A stretch of DNA of 64,000 nt from Mobula hypostoma (taxonomy: Eukaryota), in NCBI RefSeq assembly GCF_963921235.1, contig NC_086097.1, positions 231,510,001 to 231,574,000 of the forward strand. The letters are read 5' to 3'. Position 1 is the first letter of the stretch, and every line of letters starts with the position of its first letter. This document shows positions 1 through 13,260 of the stretch, piece by piece. Both the position numbers and the translations under genes were made by a program. A model generated the notes under the pieces. That model did not search any database. It was not told the origin of the DNA and saw only the letters and a list, made by a program, of their open reading frames with translations.

Positions 1-169
1 ATATTATATTTTTGAATTTATAAAATAATCTGCTGAATGACATTGCATCAGATATTTTATCATTAACTTTTTATTGCCAGTGCATTTGTACCAAAGATGT
101 ACACAATAGTTCACTGTGGGGGTTAAACTAATCTGTGCTGAAAATCATTCTTACATCCTAAAGGCTTAT

Positions 170-430
170 TCATCTGTGTCTTTTGAATGAAACCAAATCT
201 AATATCTTAAGGATATTTAAGACCCTATTTAAACACCGGGATTACAGTTGGGCAAATCCTTTGCTGTCTTGAGCAGTTGAAAATATACTTTCCCTTAGCA
301 AATCAGAATTAAGAAATTGGTGGTGGATGGATAACAATCAATATGTTTACTCTGAAAGAACTGGGAGATTTCTCTGGACTTGCATACAGGCCATATATGT
401 CTGGTAGATGAGGAATAGAAAAATAGAGAA
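170..430 (-). promoter_or_regulatory. candidate muscle promoter/enhancer of the antisense miR-1/133 host transcript
   Basis: CTATTTAAAC (225-234), CAGTTG (245 and 274) and CArG-like CCATATATGT (391-400). Support is motif content and synteny only. Confidence 0.25.
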
Positions 431-1717
431 TATCCTCTTAATCCTTCACCAAATAAGTTTTTTAGTGTATATTTTACCCAGCATTTTGTAAGTAACTAAT
501 TCCTACTTTTCCTTTAAATTAAACACTAACAATGTGTCATAAGTAATCCCAAGAGATTTGAAGTGTTGAGGTTTACTTTAGCAAATCTGCTCAATAAATT
601 CAAGTAAATCAGTACAAGTAATATAAAGAATGCTGCAGTTGTTCATTCTTGTTAAAGTGCACTCCAGCAGAGAAATAGACCCTTTGTCCCATCCAGTTTG
701 TGCAAAACTGTTACCCTGCTTAGTCACATCAACCAGCCCCTGGAACATAGCCCTGCATACCCCTCCCATCCATGTGCTTATCCAAACTTCTGTTAAATAT
801 TACATTTGAATTCGCATTGGCCATTTCTGCTGACAAGCTGTTTCTGCACTTGCACCACCCTCTGAGTGAAGAAGTTCCCTCCTCAGGTTCTCCATAAATA
901 TTTTACTTTTCACCCTTAACCTATGATCTCAACCTTAACTCAGGTCCTCAAATCCTGGCAACATCCTGGTAAGTTTTGTCTGTATTTATTTTTCTTGTTC
1001 TTACTTGAAAGATCAGACCATTTTAGAAGGTGTTAGAGGCCTGGGAGAGCAGTGATTTGCTATGCATGCTTCAGTTCCTCAGTCATCCTTTTCCATTTCT
1101 GTACTTTATCCTACCAGCGATGGTGGGCCATTGAATTATCTCTGGTGTTTGATTCCCAACTCTCACTTGCTCTCTAATTTTATACCTTTCATTTCAACTT
1201 ATTAAAGTAATTCTCAAAACTTTTTGTAGACAAACCATCAGAGCCTCTGAATTAAATTCTAGTTCTGGTGCACGAATCCTTGATCTTTTCTCCAAATGAA
1301 ACAGCAACCTCCATTTATCTAGGTTCTTTTGTGATCTCAAGACATCACCAGACCCCTGTGGTCAATTGTACTTCTGAAGTACAGTGACTATTATAACATG
1401 GAAAACATGCTAATTTGTGCACTTTAAATTCCTCCAAATAGTTCAGCCTCCCTTGGGATCATGGATAACTTCCTTCTACCTCATTTTCACGCAAGATTGG
1501 GAACTTGGGAACATGCCACCTGTGGTGGAAGGCACTGACATGTGGATAAATTAAGAAATAATCTGCACTACTTCCATTTATCAATTTATCCTAGCATTCT
1601 ATAGCCTTATTCATTTTAACCAGTCAAGCCCAGGGATTCCCAAGAGATAGTAAAGGGTGTGTGTGTTTTGCAGATGTCTGTTAATTCCATAGTTTGCTTT
1701 GGTGAACTAATTGATCA

Positions 1718-3773
1718 TGACACAAAGGTTGGGGGTGTTGTGGATAGTGTGGAGGGCTGTCAGAGGTTACAGCGGGACATTAATAGGATGCAAAACTGAG
1801 CTGAGAAGTGGCAGATGGAGTTCAGCCCAGGTAAGTATGAGATGGTTAATTTTGGTAGGTCAAATATGATGGCAGAATACAGCATTAATGACAAGACTCT
1901 TGGCGGTGTAGAGGATCAGAGGGATCTTGGGGTCCAAGTCCATAGGACACTCAAAGCTGCTTCGCAGGTTGACTGTGTGATTAAGAAGGCATACGGTACA
2001 TTGGCCTTCATCTGTCGTGGGATTGAGTTTAAGAGCCGAGAGGTAATGTTGTAGCTATATAGAACTCCTGGTCGGACCCCGCTTACAGTACTGTGCTCGG
2101 TTCTGGTCGCCTCACTACAGGAAGGATGTGGAAACGATAGAAAGGGTTCAGAGGAGATTTACAAGGATGTTGCCTGGATTGGGGAGCATGCCTTATGAGA
2201 ATAGGTTGAGTAAACTTGGTCTTTCCTCCTTGGAGGGATGGAGGATGAGAGGTGACCTAATAGAGCTGTACAAGATGATAGAAACATAGAAAATAGGTGC
2301 AGGAGTAGGCCATTCGGCCCTTCGAGCCTGCACTGCCATTCAGTATGATCATGGCTGATCATCCAACTCAGAACCCTGTACCTGCCTTCTCTCCATACCC
2401 CCGATCCCTTTAGCCACAAGGGCCATATCTAACTCCCTCTTAAATATAGCCAATGAACTGGCCTCAACTGTTTCCTGTGGCAGAGAATTCCACAGATTCA
2501 CCACTCTCTGTGTGAAGAAGTTTTTCCTCATCTCGGTCCTAAAAGGCTTCCCCTTTATTCTCAAACTGTGACCCCTCGTTCTGGACTTCCCCAACATCGG
2601 GAACAATCTTCCTACATCTAGCCTGTCCAATCCCTTTAGGATTTTATACGTTTCAATAAGATCCCCCCTCAATCTTCTAAATTCCAGAGAGTATAAGCCT
2701 AGTCGATCCAGTCTTTCATCATATGAAAGTCCTGCCATCCCAGGAATCAACCTGGTGAACCTTCTTTGTACTCTCTCTATGGCAAGAATGTCTTTCCTCA
2801 GATTAGGGGACCAAAACTGCACACAATACTCCAGGTGTGGTCTCACCAATGCCTTGTACAACTGCAGTAGTACCTCCCTGCTCCTGTACTCGAATCCTCT
2901 TGCTATAAATGCCAGCATACCATTTGCCTTTTTCTCTGCCTGCTGTACCTGCATGCCCACTTTCAATGACTGGTGTACAATGACACCCAGGTCTCGTTGC
3001 ACCTCCCCTTTTCCTAATCGGCCACCATTCAGATAATAATCTGTTTTCCTGTTCTTGCCACCAAAGTGGATAACCTCACATTTATCCACATTAAATTGCA
3101 TCTGCCATGAATTTGCCCATTCACCTAACCTATCCAAGTCACCCTGCATCCTCTTAGCATCCTCCTCACAGCTAACACTGCCGCCCAGCTTCGTGTCATC
3201 TGCAAACTTGGAGATGCTGCATTTAATTCCCTCGTCTAAGTCATTAATATATATTGTAAGCAACTGGGGTCCCAGCACTGAGCCTTTTGGTACCCCACTA
3301 GTCACTGCCTGCCATTCTGAAAAGGTCCCATTTATTCCCACTCTTTGCTTCCTGTCTGCCAACAAATTCTCTATCCACATCAATACCATACCCCCAATAC
3401 CGTGTGCTTTAAGTCTGCACAGTAATCTCCCGTGTGGGACCTTGTCAAAGCCTTTTGAAAATCCAAATATACCACATCCATGATGAGAGGCATTGATCGT
3501 GTGGATAGTCAGAGGCTTTTTCCCAGGCTGAAATGGCTAGCACGAGAGGGCATAGTTTTAAGGTGCTTGGAAGTAGGTACAGAGGAGATGTCAGGGGTAA
3601 GTTTTTCACGCAGAGAGTGGTGAGTGCGTGGAATGGGCTGTGGTGGCGGTGGTGGAGTTGGAAATGATAGTGTCTTTTCAGAGACTCCTGGATGGATACA
3701 TGGAGCATAGAACACAGCACAGCTTTGTGGGCCAAAGGGCCTGTATTGTGCTGTAGATCTTCTATGTTTCTAT
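1718..3773 (+). mobile_element. CR1 LINE 3' fragment interrupted by a second CR1
   Basis: RT C-terminal motifs at 1718-2279 resume at about 3480 and end in a ctatgtttcta tail. Confidence 0.88.
2279..3479 (-). mobile_element. CR1 LINE 3' fragment (second subfamily), nested
   Basis: ORF 2349-3389 has GVPKGSVLGP, KFADD and RPHLEYC. tagaaaca tail at 2279. Confidence 0.92.
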
Positions 3774-3911
3774 CATGACTTGGAGCTTACCTTTCGAATG
3801 TGCTCAAATGCAATTGTTGCCTAATTTCGAAGGCTGTGGTTCTGGACTAAAGGGATAAGCAGAGCATTTTCCCACTAAAGACTAGTGTCACCCCGGTAGA
3901 AAGCTCTCGAT

Positions 3912-3992
3912 CAGTGGTTCCCAACCTGGGGTCCTTGGACCCTTTGGTTAATAGTAGGGGTCCATGGTATAAAAAAAGGTTGGGAACACATG
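3912..3992. mobile_element. small hAT-type MITE
   Basis: Ends cagtggttcccaacc and ggttgggaacacatg. Confidence 0.6.
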
Positions 3993-4210
3993 CTCAACAT
4001 GGACTAATATTCGAGCAACGATTCAAGAAGCAGCTTTTTCGCCTTTTGTTAATTAACTCTTTCATCTCATTCGCATTAAACTAATCTGTGGTAGATGAAG
4101 CAGGAGCCTTTTCACTGTAGTTAATTACCGTGTGGCTCCAGGGCATTCTAGATGCTGAAAGTGCTCTGCTGCTCTTGCTAGTAAGGAGCTGTTTGTGAGT
4201 TACTGCCTGA

Positions 4211-5190
4211 GGCTACGTCCACACTACGCCGGATAATTTTGAAAACGCCGGTTTCGAATAAAAATGACAGGCGTCCACACAAAGCATTTTTCAAAATACC
4301 TCTGTCCACATTAGACGGATATTTGGGCGAATCTCCTACTGGGCATGTGCAGGACACACAGAAAACAAGCGAAGAGGACACGGTATACTTGGTGTGTGTT
4401 TGTCCAGTTACAGAGTAGAAAAACTTAAAAGGAATTGCTCTTGGCTCTCGCGCTGGAGGACTTAAAACCAAAAAAAAACAAATACTGGAGCGTATGGAGG
4501 CAACTGACCGGGAGTTCACGGACAGTATGGCCCAGCTGACGACGAACATTGAAAAACTGACTAACTCTGTTGCACTAATAAAGCACCTTGTTAAATATAT
4601 AAAACATGTCTGCGTCAGTGTTATCTTGTATTTCCATACAATGTTACATTAGGCTGTTACACATCTATTGTCAGAGAAGTACTTGCATAAGTAGGTAAAC
4701 CACCTTCATACAAGCAAGGACAGAAAACAGGGCAGAGTGAGTATACTTATTTATTCAGTAAGCTATGGGTCAACGTATTTGGTGAGTACATTTCTAACTC
4801 TTCTGGCTTCAGTCTCGTTGCCGTTTGTTCTGAATTTGTTAGGTTCTGCAAAGCGCAGAATCAAATATCGCTGTGATGATTGTACGCTCTAGTATCAATT
4901 GTTTGGCGACAATGAAGTAGTAATAATGATAACAATAAGAAGAAAACAATGAAATGCCGGGCTGCCGCCATCTGTTCCGGCATGTCATGACAGCAGTTTT
5001 AAAAAGCTCCGGTTACCCCGTACACAGTGCAACGGATATTAGGTGTTTTCAGATTTATTCACTGTGGAGACCGTTTCTGAAAATCTCCGTTTTCGAGGGA
5101 TGAAAACGCCGTTTTTAGTGTGGACAGAGAGTCAAAACGAAGAGAAAAAGCTTCGTTTTCAAAATTACCGAGCGTAGTGTGGACGTAGCC
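4211..5190. mobile_element. non-autonomous PIF/Harbinger DNA transposon
   Basis: TIRs ggctacgtccacactacg and cgtagtgtggacgtagcc. 3-bp TSD TGA at 4208-4210 and 5191-5193. Confidence 0.88.
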
Positions 5191-5286
5191 TGAGTAGAGC
5201 TGTATTACCAGGCTCCTTCAGATACTCATTATTAATATTATTGTTACTTTTGTATTGCCACCTTGTTTTGGAATGAGGTTTGTTTA

Positions 5287-8200
5287 GATAGAAACATAGG
5301 AAACCTACAGCACAATACAGGCCCTTCGGCCCACATTGCTGTGCCGATCATTTACTTACTTTAGAAATTACCTAGTGTTTCCCATAGCCCTCTATTTTTC
5401 TAAGCTTCATGTACCTATCCAGGAGTCTCTTAAAAGACCCTGTCGTATCCACCTTCATCACTGTTGCCGGCAGCCTATTCCATGCACTCACCACTCTGCG
5501 TGTGAAAAAAAAACAACTTACCCTTGACATCTCCTCTGTACCTACTTCCAAGCACCTTAAAACTGTGCTCTCTCGTGTTAGCCATTTCAGCCCTGGGAAA
5601 AATCCTCTGACTATCCACACGATCAATGCCTCACATCATCTTATACACCTCTATCAGGTCACCTCTTCATCCTCCACCACTCCAAGGAGAAAAGGCCAAG
5701 TTCACTCAACCTGTTCTCATAAGGTATGCTCCCCAATCCAGGCAACATGCTTGTAAATCTCCTCTGCATCCTTTCTATGGTTTCATCCTTGAAAATCTCC
5801 TCTGCATCCTTTCTATGGTTTCCACATCCATCCTGTAGTGAGGTGACCAGAATTGAACACAGTACTCCAGGTAGCATCTGACCAGTGTCCTATATAGCTG
5901 CAACATTACCTCTCAGCTCTTAAACTCAATTCCACAGTTGATGAAGGCCAGTGCACCGTATGCCGCCTTAACCACAGAATCAACCTGCACAGCACCTTTG
6001 AGTGTCCTGTGGACCTGGACCCCAAGATCCCCCTGATCCTCCACACTGCTATCATATTTGTCCTACCAAAATGAACTACTTCACACTTATCTGGGTTGAA
6101 CTCCATCTGCCACTTCTCGGCCCAGTTTTGCATCCTATTGGTATCCTGGTGTAACCTCTGACAGCACTCCACACTATCCACAACACTCCCAACCTTTGTG
6201 TCATCAGCAAATTTACTATCCCATCCCTCCACTTCCTTGTCCAGGTCATTTATAACAATCACAAAGAGTAGGGGTCCATGAACAGCTCCCTGAGGCACAC
6301 CACTGGTCACCGACCTCCATGCAGAATATGACCCATCTACAACCATTCTTTGCCTTCTGTGGGCAAGTCAGTTCTGAATCCACAAAGCAAGGTCCCTTTG
6401 GATCCCATGCCTTCCTACTTTCTCAATAAGTCTTGCATGGGGTACCTTATCAAATGCCTTGCTGAAATCCATATACACTACATCCACTGCTGAACCTTCA
6501 TCAATGTGTTTAGTCACATCCTCAAGAAATTCAATCAGGCTCGTAAGGCACGACCTGCTTTTTGACAAAGCCATGCTGATTATTCTTAAATCATATTATG
6601 CCTCTCCAAATGTTCATAAATCCTGCCTCCCAGGATCTTTTCCATCAACTTACCAACCACTGAAGTAAGACTCACTGGTCTATAATTTCCTGGGCTATCC
6701 TTACTCCCTTTCTTGAATAAGGGAAAAACATCTGCAACCCTCCAATCCTCTGGAACCTCTCTCATCCCCTTTGATTTTGCAAAGATCATTGCCAGAGGCT
6801 CAGCAATCTCCCTCCCTCTTCTCCCACAGTAGCCTGGGGTACATCTCGTCCAGTCCCAGAGACTTATCCAGCTTGATGCTTTCCAAAAGATCTAGCACGT
6901 CCTCTTTCTTAATGTCTATATGCTCAAGCTTTTCAGTCCGCTGTAAGTCATCCCTAAGTCGCCAAGATCCTTTTCCATAGTGAATACTGAAGCAAAGTAT
7001 TCATTAAGTATCTCTGCTATCTCCTCTGGTTCCATACGCACTTTCCTACTGTCACAGTTGATTGGTCCTATTCTTTCACATCTTATCCACTTGCTCTTCA
7101 CATACTTGTAAGATGCCTTGGGGTTTTCTTTAATCCTGCTCGCCAAGGCCTTCTCATGGCCCCTTCTGGCTTTCCAAATTTAATTCTTAAGCTCCTTCCT
7201 GCTAGCCTTATAATCTTCTAGATCTCTATCATTATCTGATTTTTTGAACCTTTCGTAAACTTCTCGACAAGATTTTCAACAGCCTTTGAACACCACGGTT
7301 CCTGTACCCTACCATCCTTTCCTTGTCTCTTTGGAACATACCTATGCAGAATACCACACAAATATCCCCTGGACATTTGCCACATTACTGACGTAATGAG
7401 AACATTTATTTCTAATTTATGCTTCCAAGTTCCTGCCTGATAGCTTCATAGTTCCCCTTACTCCAATTAAACGCTTTCCTAACTTGCCTGTTCCTATCCC
7501 CCTCCATTGTTGTCATAAACAAGATAAAATTATGATCACTGTCTCCAAAATGCTCTCCCACTGAGAGACCTGACACCTGACCAGGTTAATTTCTCAATAC
7601 CAGATCAAGTATAGCCTCTCCTCTTGTAGGCTTATCTACATATTGTGTCAGGAAATCTTCCTGAACACACCTAACAAACTCCACCCCATCTAAACCCCTT
7701 GCTCTAGGGAGATGCCAATCGATATTTGGGAAATTAAAATCTCCCACCATGACAACCCTGCTGTTAATACACTTTTCCAGAATCTGTCTCCCTATCTGCT
7801 CCTCGATGTCCCCGTTACTATTGGGTGATCTATAAAAAACACCCAATAGAGTTATTGGTCCCTTCCTGTTCCTAACTTCCACCCACAGAGACTCAGTAGT
7901 CAATCCCTCCATGACTTCCTCCTTTTCTGCAACCGTGACACTATCTCTGATCAGCAGTGCCACGCCCCCACCTCTTTTGCCTCCCTCCCTGTCCTTTCTG
8001 AGACATCTAAACCCTGGCACTCGCAGTAACCATTCCTGCCCCTGAGCCATCCAAGTCTCTGTAATGGCCACAACATCATAGCTCCAAGTACTGATCCACG
8101 CTCTAAGCTCATCAGCTTTGTTCATGATGCTTCTTGCATTAAAATAAGTCACATCTCAAACCATCGTTCTGAGCGCACCCCTTCTCTTTCACCTGCCTAT

Positions 8201-8715
8201 CCTCCCTCTCGCACTGTCTCCAAGCTTTCTCTATTTGTGAGCCAACAGCCCCTCCCTCCGTCTCTTCGGTTTGCTTCCCACCCCCCAGCAATTCTAGTTT
8301 AAACTCTCCCTAATAGCCTTAGCAAACCATCCTGCCAGGATATTGGTCCCCCTCGGATCCAAATGCAAACCTGCCCTTTTTGTACAGGTCTCAGAGGTCC
8401 CAATGATCCAGAAAAATGAATCCCTGACCCCTGCTCCAATCCCTGAGCCACACATTTATCTTTCACCTCACTTTATTCCTATACTCACTGTCGCGTGGCA
8501 CAGGCCGTAATCCTGAGATTACTATCTTTGAGGTCCTGCTTCTCAACTTCCTTACTAACTCCCTGTAGTCTGTTTTCAGGACCTCCTCCCTTTTCTACCA
8601 ATGTGTACCACGACCTCTGGCTGTTTATCATCCCACTTCAAGATATTGTGGACGTGATCAGAAGCATCCCAGACCCTGGCACCTGGGAGGCAAACTACCA
8701 TCCGTGTTTCTTTCC
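5287..8715 (-). mobile_element. long CR1 LINE: end of ORF1, APE endonuclease, RT and 3' tail, all disrupted
   Basis: ORF 7586-8152 has YFNARSI, AITETW and GDFN. RT fragments at 5906-7146 have NYRPVSLTS, DFSKAFD and KFADD. Tail at 5287. Confidence 0.92.
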
Positions 8716-8894
8716 TGTGTCCATAGAATCGTCTTTTTTTTTAGTGATACAGCGCGGTGTGGGCCCTTCTGGCCCTTGGAGCCCCGCTGCCCCAGCAACT
8801 CCAGAACCTTGATTACCCTGACCAATTAACCTACCTGGTATGACTTTGGACTGTGGAAGGAGAGTAGAGGACTCAGAGAAAACCCACAGTTTCC

Positions 8895-9690
8895 TTATTT
8901 CAGACCCTTCCCACCAACATCCTCTACACTTCATGTGCTCACAATCTCCTCAACAACTTTCAATTCCCTGGCTCCGATTGCTTCATTTTCACCATGGATG
9001 TCCAGTCCCTGTACATTTCTATGCCCCATCAAGAAGGCCTTAAAGCACACCATTTCTGTCTTGTCAACAGACTGGACCAGTTCCACTCCACTACCACCTC
9101 CTGGCAGAACTGGTTCTCATCCTTAACAATTTTTCTTTCAGCTCTTCCCACTTCGTCCAAACTCAAAGTGTAGCCATGACCACCCACATGGGTTCCAGCT
9201 ATGCCTGCCTTTTTACTGGCTGTGTGAAACAGTCCCTGTTCCTTGGAAATGCTTCCTAACTCTTTGTGCACTGCATTGGTGCTGCTTCATGCACCCATGC
9301 TGAGCTTGTCAACTCCATCAACTTTGCCTTCAACTTCTGCCCAGCCCAGCCCTTAAATACACATGGTCCATTTCTGACAGCTCTCTCCTCTTTCTTGATA
9401 TCTCTATCTCCATCTCTGGAGACAGGCGATCTACTGATATCTTTTATAAACCTACCAATTGCCGTGGCTATATCTCTTCCAGTCTTGTCTCTTGTTAAAA
9501 AGCCATTCCCTTTTCTCTGTTGCTACATGGCTTCACCTACCACCTTCCAGCTTGTACTACTTTCCCTTCCCCCCAGCTCATTATTCAAACATCTTCCCCC
9601 CTTCCTTTCCAGTTTGGTTGAAGGCACTTGGCCGAAATATAGACTGTTTGTTCCTTTCCATAGATGCTGCCTGACCTGTTGTATTCCTCG
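8895..9690 (+). mobile_element. old degenerate Penelope-like fragment
   Basis: Similar to 51150-51790 (FTMDVQSL, CIGAASCTHAELV), followed by a decayed terminal module near 9610-9690. Confidence 0.75.
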
Positions 9691-9699
9691 CTGATAATG

Positions 9700-10565
9700 C
9701 CTCCTCCTTGCTAATCATCAACACTGGTGTACCTCAAGTGTGTGTTTAGCCCACTACTCTACTCCCTCTATACCCATGACTGTGTGGCCAGGTATAGCTC
9801 AAATACCATCTATAAATTTGCTAATGATACAACCATTGTTGGTAGAATCTCAGATGGAGATGAGAGGGCGTACAGGAGCAAGATATACCAGCTTGTTGAG
9901 TGGTGTCTCAGAAACAACCTTGCACTCAGTGTCAGTAAGACGAAAGACCTGATTGTGAAATTCAGGAAGCGTAAGACGAGGGAACACAAACCAATCCTCA
10001 TAGAGGGATCAGAGGTGTAGAGAGTGAGCAATTTCAAGTTCCTGGGTGTCAGGATTGCTGAGGATCTAACCTGGTCCCAACATATCAATGCAGCTATAAA
10101 GAAGGCAAGACAGCAGTTATATTTCATTTAGAATTTGCAGGAATTTGGTTTGTCACCTAAAACACTCAAACACCTATAGATGTACCCTGGAGAGCATTCT
10201 GACAGGCTGCATCACTGCCTGGTGGAAGGCAGGGGCTACTGCACAGGACTGAAAGAGGCTACAGAAAGTTGTAAAATTAGTCAGCTCCATCTTGACCTCC
10301 ATCGTGCCCAAGATATCTTCAAGCATTAGTGCCTCAGAAAGGCAGCGTCCATTATTAAGGACCCCTATTACCCAGGATATGTGTGTCTGTGTATATGTAT
10401 GTGTGTGTATTTTTCTTTTTTGTACTATTTTTAATCTAATATGCATATATTTACTGTAATCGGTTTACTTATTTTTTCTTTCTATATTATCATGTATTGT
10501 TTTGTACTGCTGCTGCTGAGTTAATAAATTTCACGACACATGCAGGTGATGATAAATATGCTTCT
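9700..10565 (+). mobile_element. Rex/Babar-like LINE 3' fragment
   Basis: SPLLYSLYTHDC..KFANDTTIVG..SKTKDLIV in ORF 9727-10020. Confidence 0.8.
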
Positions 10566-11109
10566 GTGTGGAAAAATACCCTCCTTATATTCAGGATTCA
10601 AGATCTTTTAATGTAGTTTCCAGTACACAAGTATAAAGGAGAATGAAATAATTGTTACTCTGGATAGGATGTAGCACAAAAAAGCAATAAGATTCAGAAC
10701 ACAATAATAATGAACACAAATATAAACGTGAGAGATAACTTTTAAGCATAGGTTTCCATAGGCAGCCATCGATCCCAGTGGATCATGGGTTTGCACCTCT
10801 GGTGGACTGTGTCCTCTCCAGGGTGCAAGCCTGGGCGGGAAGATTTGAAGAACTGGCTGTCGCCCATGCATCAGGTTCCTCCTCTCCACATCACTGATGT
10901 AGTCTTAGGGAAGGACAAGCACCGATATAGCTTGGCACCAGTGTTGTTGCAGAGGTTGCCAGAGTGAAGTTGTAAACAACATCAAACTGCCTGAAGGACC
11001 CCGACTCCAGATTTCTTCCTCGCGGTTTATTCCCGAAGCTTTTCCCAAGACTGCAAGGCGGATGAGCCCCACTTGCATAGGTTACGTGTCCATAAAGTGA
11101 CGCTAGGCA

Positions 11110-11910
11110 CAAGAGTGTCTGTACATAATGTGACTGACGGGAAATAATAAAATTGTGGTGGTTGGTGGCGTGAAAGGGTGTGTTAGTGGGAGGGGGCCTT
11201 ACTGGTTGGGGAAAGAAACTGTGGTCCTCGTGTGGATGCTCTATAGCCTCTTCCCTGATGGGAGTGGCACAAACAGTCTATAAGCAGGGTGGCTGGGATC
11301 CTTCATGATGTTACTTGTACTTTTCCTGCACCTTTCCGTATATACTTCCTTGATGGCAGATAATCTGGTACCAGTAATGAATTGGGCAGTTTGACCAGCG
11401 GTTGTAGATGCAGCATGTTAGCGTGCTCTCTATTGTATATGTGTAGAATGGCATGTATAGATGTGCATTGTCCCGCTCTCTTCAGTCTCCTCAGAAATTA
11501 AGGGCATTGGTGATCTTTCCTGATTGAGGACTGAGAAGTTGTGTGAGATGTGCACTCCCAGGAGTTTGAAATTGCTCGCAGTTTCCACTGCTGTGCCGCC
11601 AAAGAAGTGTGTGAGTGGTATGAGTTATCCTGAAGTCGATAGGCATGTCCTTTGTTTTGTTGACATTGAGGAAGATGTTATTTGCCTGACGCCAGGCCTC
11701 AAGCTCTTCCAGCACACCTCCGTAGGCCATCGCATTGTTGTTGGTGATGAGCCCCACCTCTGTCACTGGCAAATGATTACTCGGGTGTTTGGCCATGCAG
11801 TCATGTGTGAGCAGTATGCACAGTGGTGGGCTCAGCACACTGCCCTGGAGGCACACGTGTTGAGGACTATGGGGGGAGAGGATTGGTTGTACATCCTGAC
11901 TATCTGAGGT
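11110..11910 (-). mobile_element. Rex/Babar-like LINE fragment, degenerate
   Basis: QGSVLSP..LTHDC..LNVNKTK in ORF 11491-11856. Confidence 0.7.
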
Positions 11911-13032
11911 CCGATAGTAACATTAAACCTCCTTCCTATCACCTCAATTCTTTGTCCTCAAATTTTATACATTTCTACCATCGGAAACAAACACTCGCTT
12001 TCAGCTTATAACAATTAGCTTTATTTGTCACATCTCCATCAAAACATACAGTGAATTGTATCATTTTGTGTCAGCCACCAACACAGACTGAGGATTTTGC
12101 AAGTGGTAGCCCGTAAATGTCGCCATGCTTCCAGTGCCAACTCACTAAACCTAACCATACACCTTTGGAATGTGGGAGGAAACTCACACGGTCACAGGGA
12201 GAACGTACAAACTCCCCACAGACAACAGCAGGTATCAAAACTCAATCAGCTATCTGGTACTATAAAGCAATTGTGCTAGCTAGTACACTACTGTACTGCC
12301 CTTTATCTCATATAATTTTCTGTGCCTCCGTCGTGTCACCTTACGACCTTCGTAGCACCAGGGAAATCCTTAAGTATCCAGTCGCTCCAAGTAATTGAAG
12401 CCATCCAATCCAGGCAACATGCTTATGAATCTTAGATAAACAAAGGCTCCAATTAATGCAAAAGCAAATTATTTTACTTGTTATGATTCCTAATGGCAAA
12501 ACAAAGCACAATTTTAAAAAGCACTCTAGGCTCTATATTGACTTTTGACCAGGCAATTCCAAACAGATGGTGATCGTGACCACCTGCAGCTGTGGGTTGG
12601 ATGGTGTGAATGTATGTGGTGAAATTGGTCTGCAGGGTTTCTGCAAGGTTCTTGAAAGACCCACGGTTGTGACAGCCCTACCGACCAGGCCCCCATAGTT
12701 TGTACCAAGTGGGAGCTGCAATTCATTATGGCCAGCGGAAAGACCCTTTAAAGAAAAAAAGAAAGATTAGTTTTATTTGTCATATGTGCATTGAAATTTT
12801 GAAACAAACAGTGAAATGTGTCACTTGCATCAATGACCATCACAATCTGAATATGTTCTCGGAGTAGCCCGCTAGTGCAGTCACGCCCATGTCTTACTTA
12901 ATCCTAACCTGTATGTCTTTGGAATGTGGGAGGAAACCAGAGCACCTAGAGGAAGCCCATGTGGTCACAGGGAAGATGTACAAACTCCTTACAGACGCGG
13001 TGGGAATTGAATCCTGGTTGCTTATTGTTAGG

Positions 13033-13260
13033 GCAACACTCACAACACGCTGGAGGAACTCAGCAGGTTGGGCAGCATCTGTGGAAAAGATCGGTCGACA
13101 TTTTGGGCCGGAACCCTTCGTCAGGACCCTTCGTTGGTCCTGATGAAGGGTTCCGGCCGGAAACGTCGACCGATCTTTCCCACGGATGCTGCCCGACCTG
13201 CTGAGTTCCTCCAGCGTGTTATGAGTGTTGCTTTGACCCCAGCATCTGCAGATTATTTTG
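13033..13260. mobile_element. fold-back Penelope terminal module (second subfamily) inserted in a SINE
   Basis: Arms 13033-13128 and 13136-13231. TSD tgcttattgttag at 13019-13031 and 13261-13273. Confidence 0.85.
13136..13171 (+). ncRNA. minimal hammerhead ribozyme motif, second subfamily
   Basis: GGTC|CTGATGA|AGGGTTCCGGCCG|GAA|ACGT|C^|GACC, with helix I GGTC/GACC. Confidence 0.72.

Noticed and set aside
5751..5830. About 38-bp tandem duplication inside a CR1
   Set aside because: Ordinary slippage in a dead element.
10758..11070. GC-richer insert resembling a LINE 5'-UTR derivative; considered an HDV-like ribozyme
   Set aside because: I could not build the nested double pseudoknot by eye and cannot name the family with confidence.
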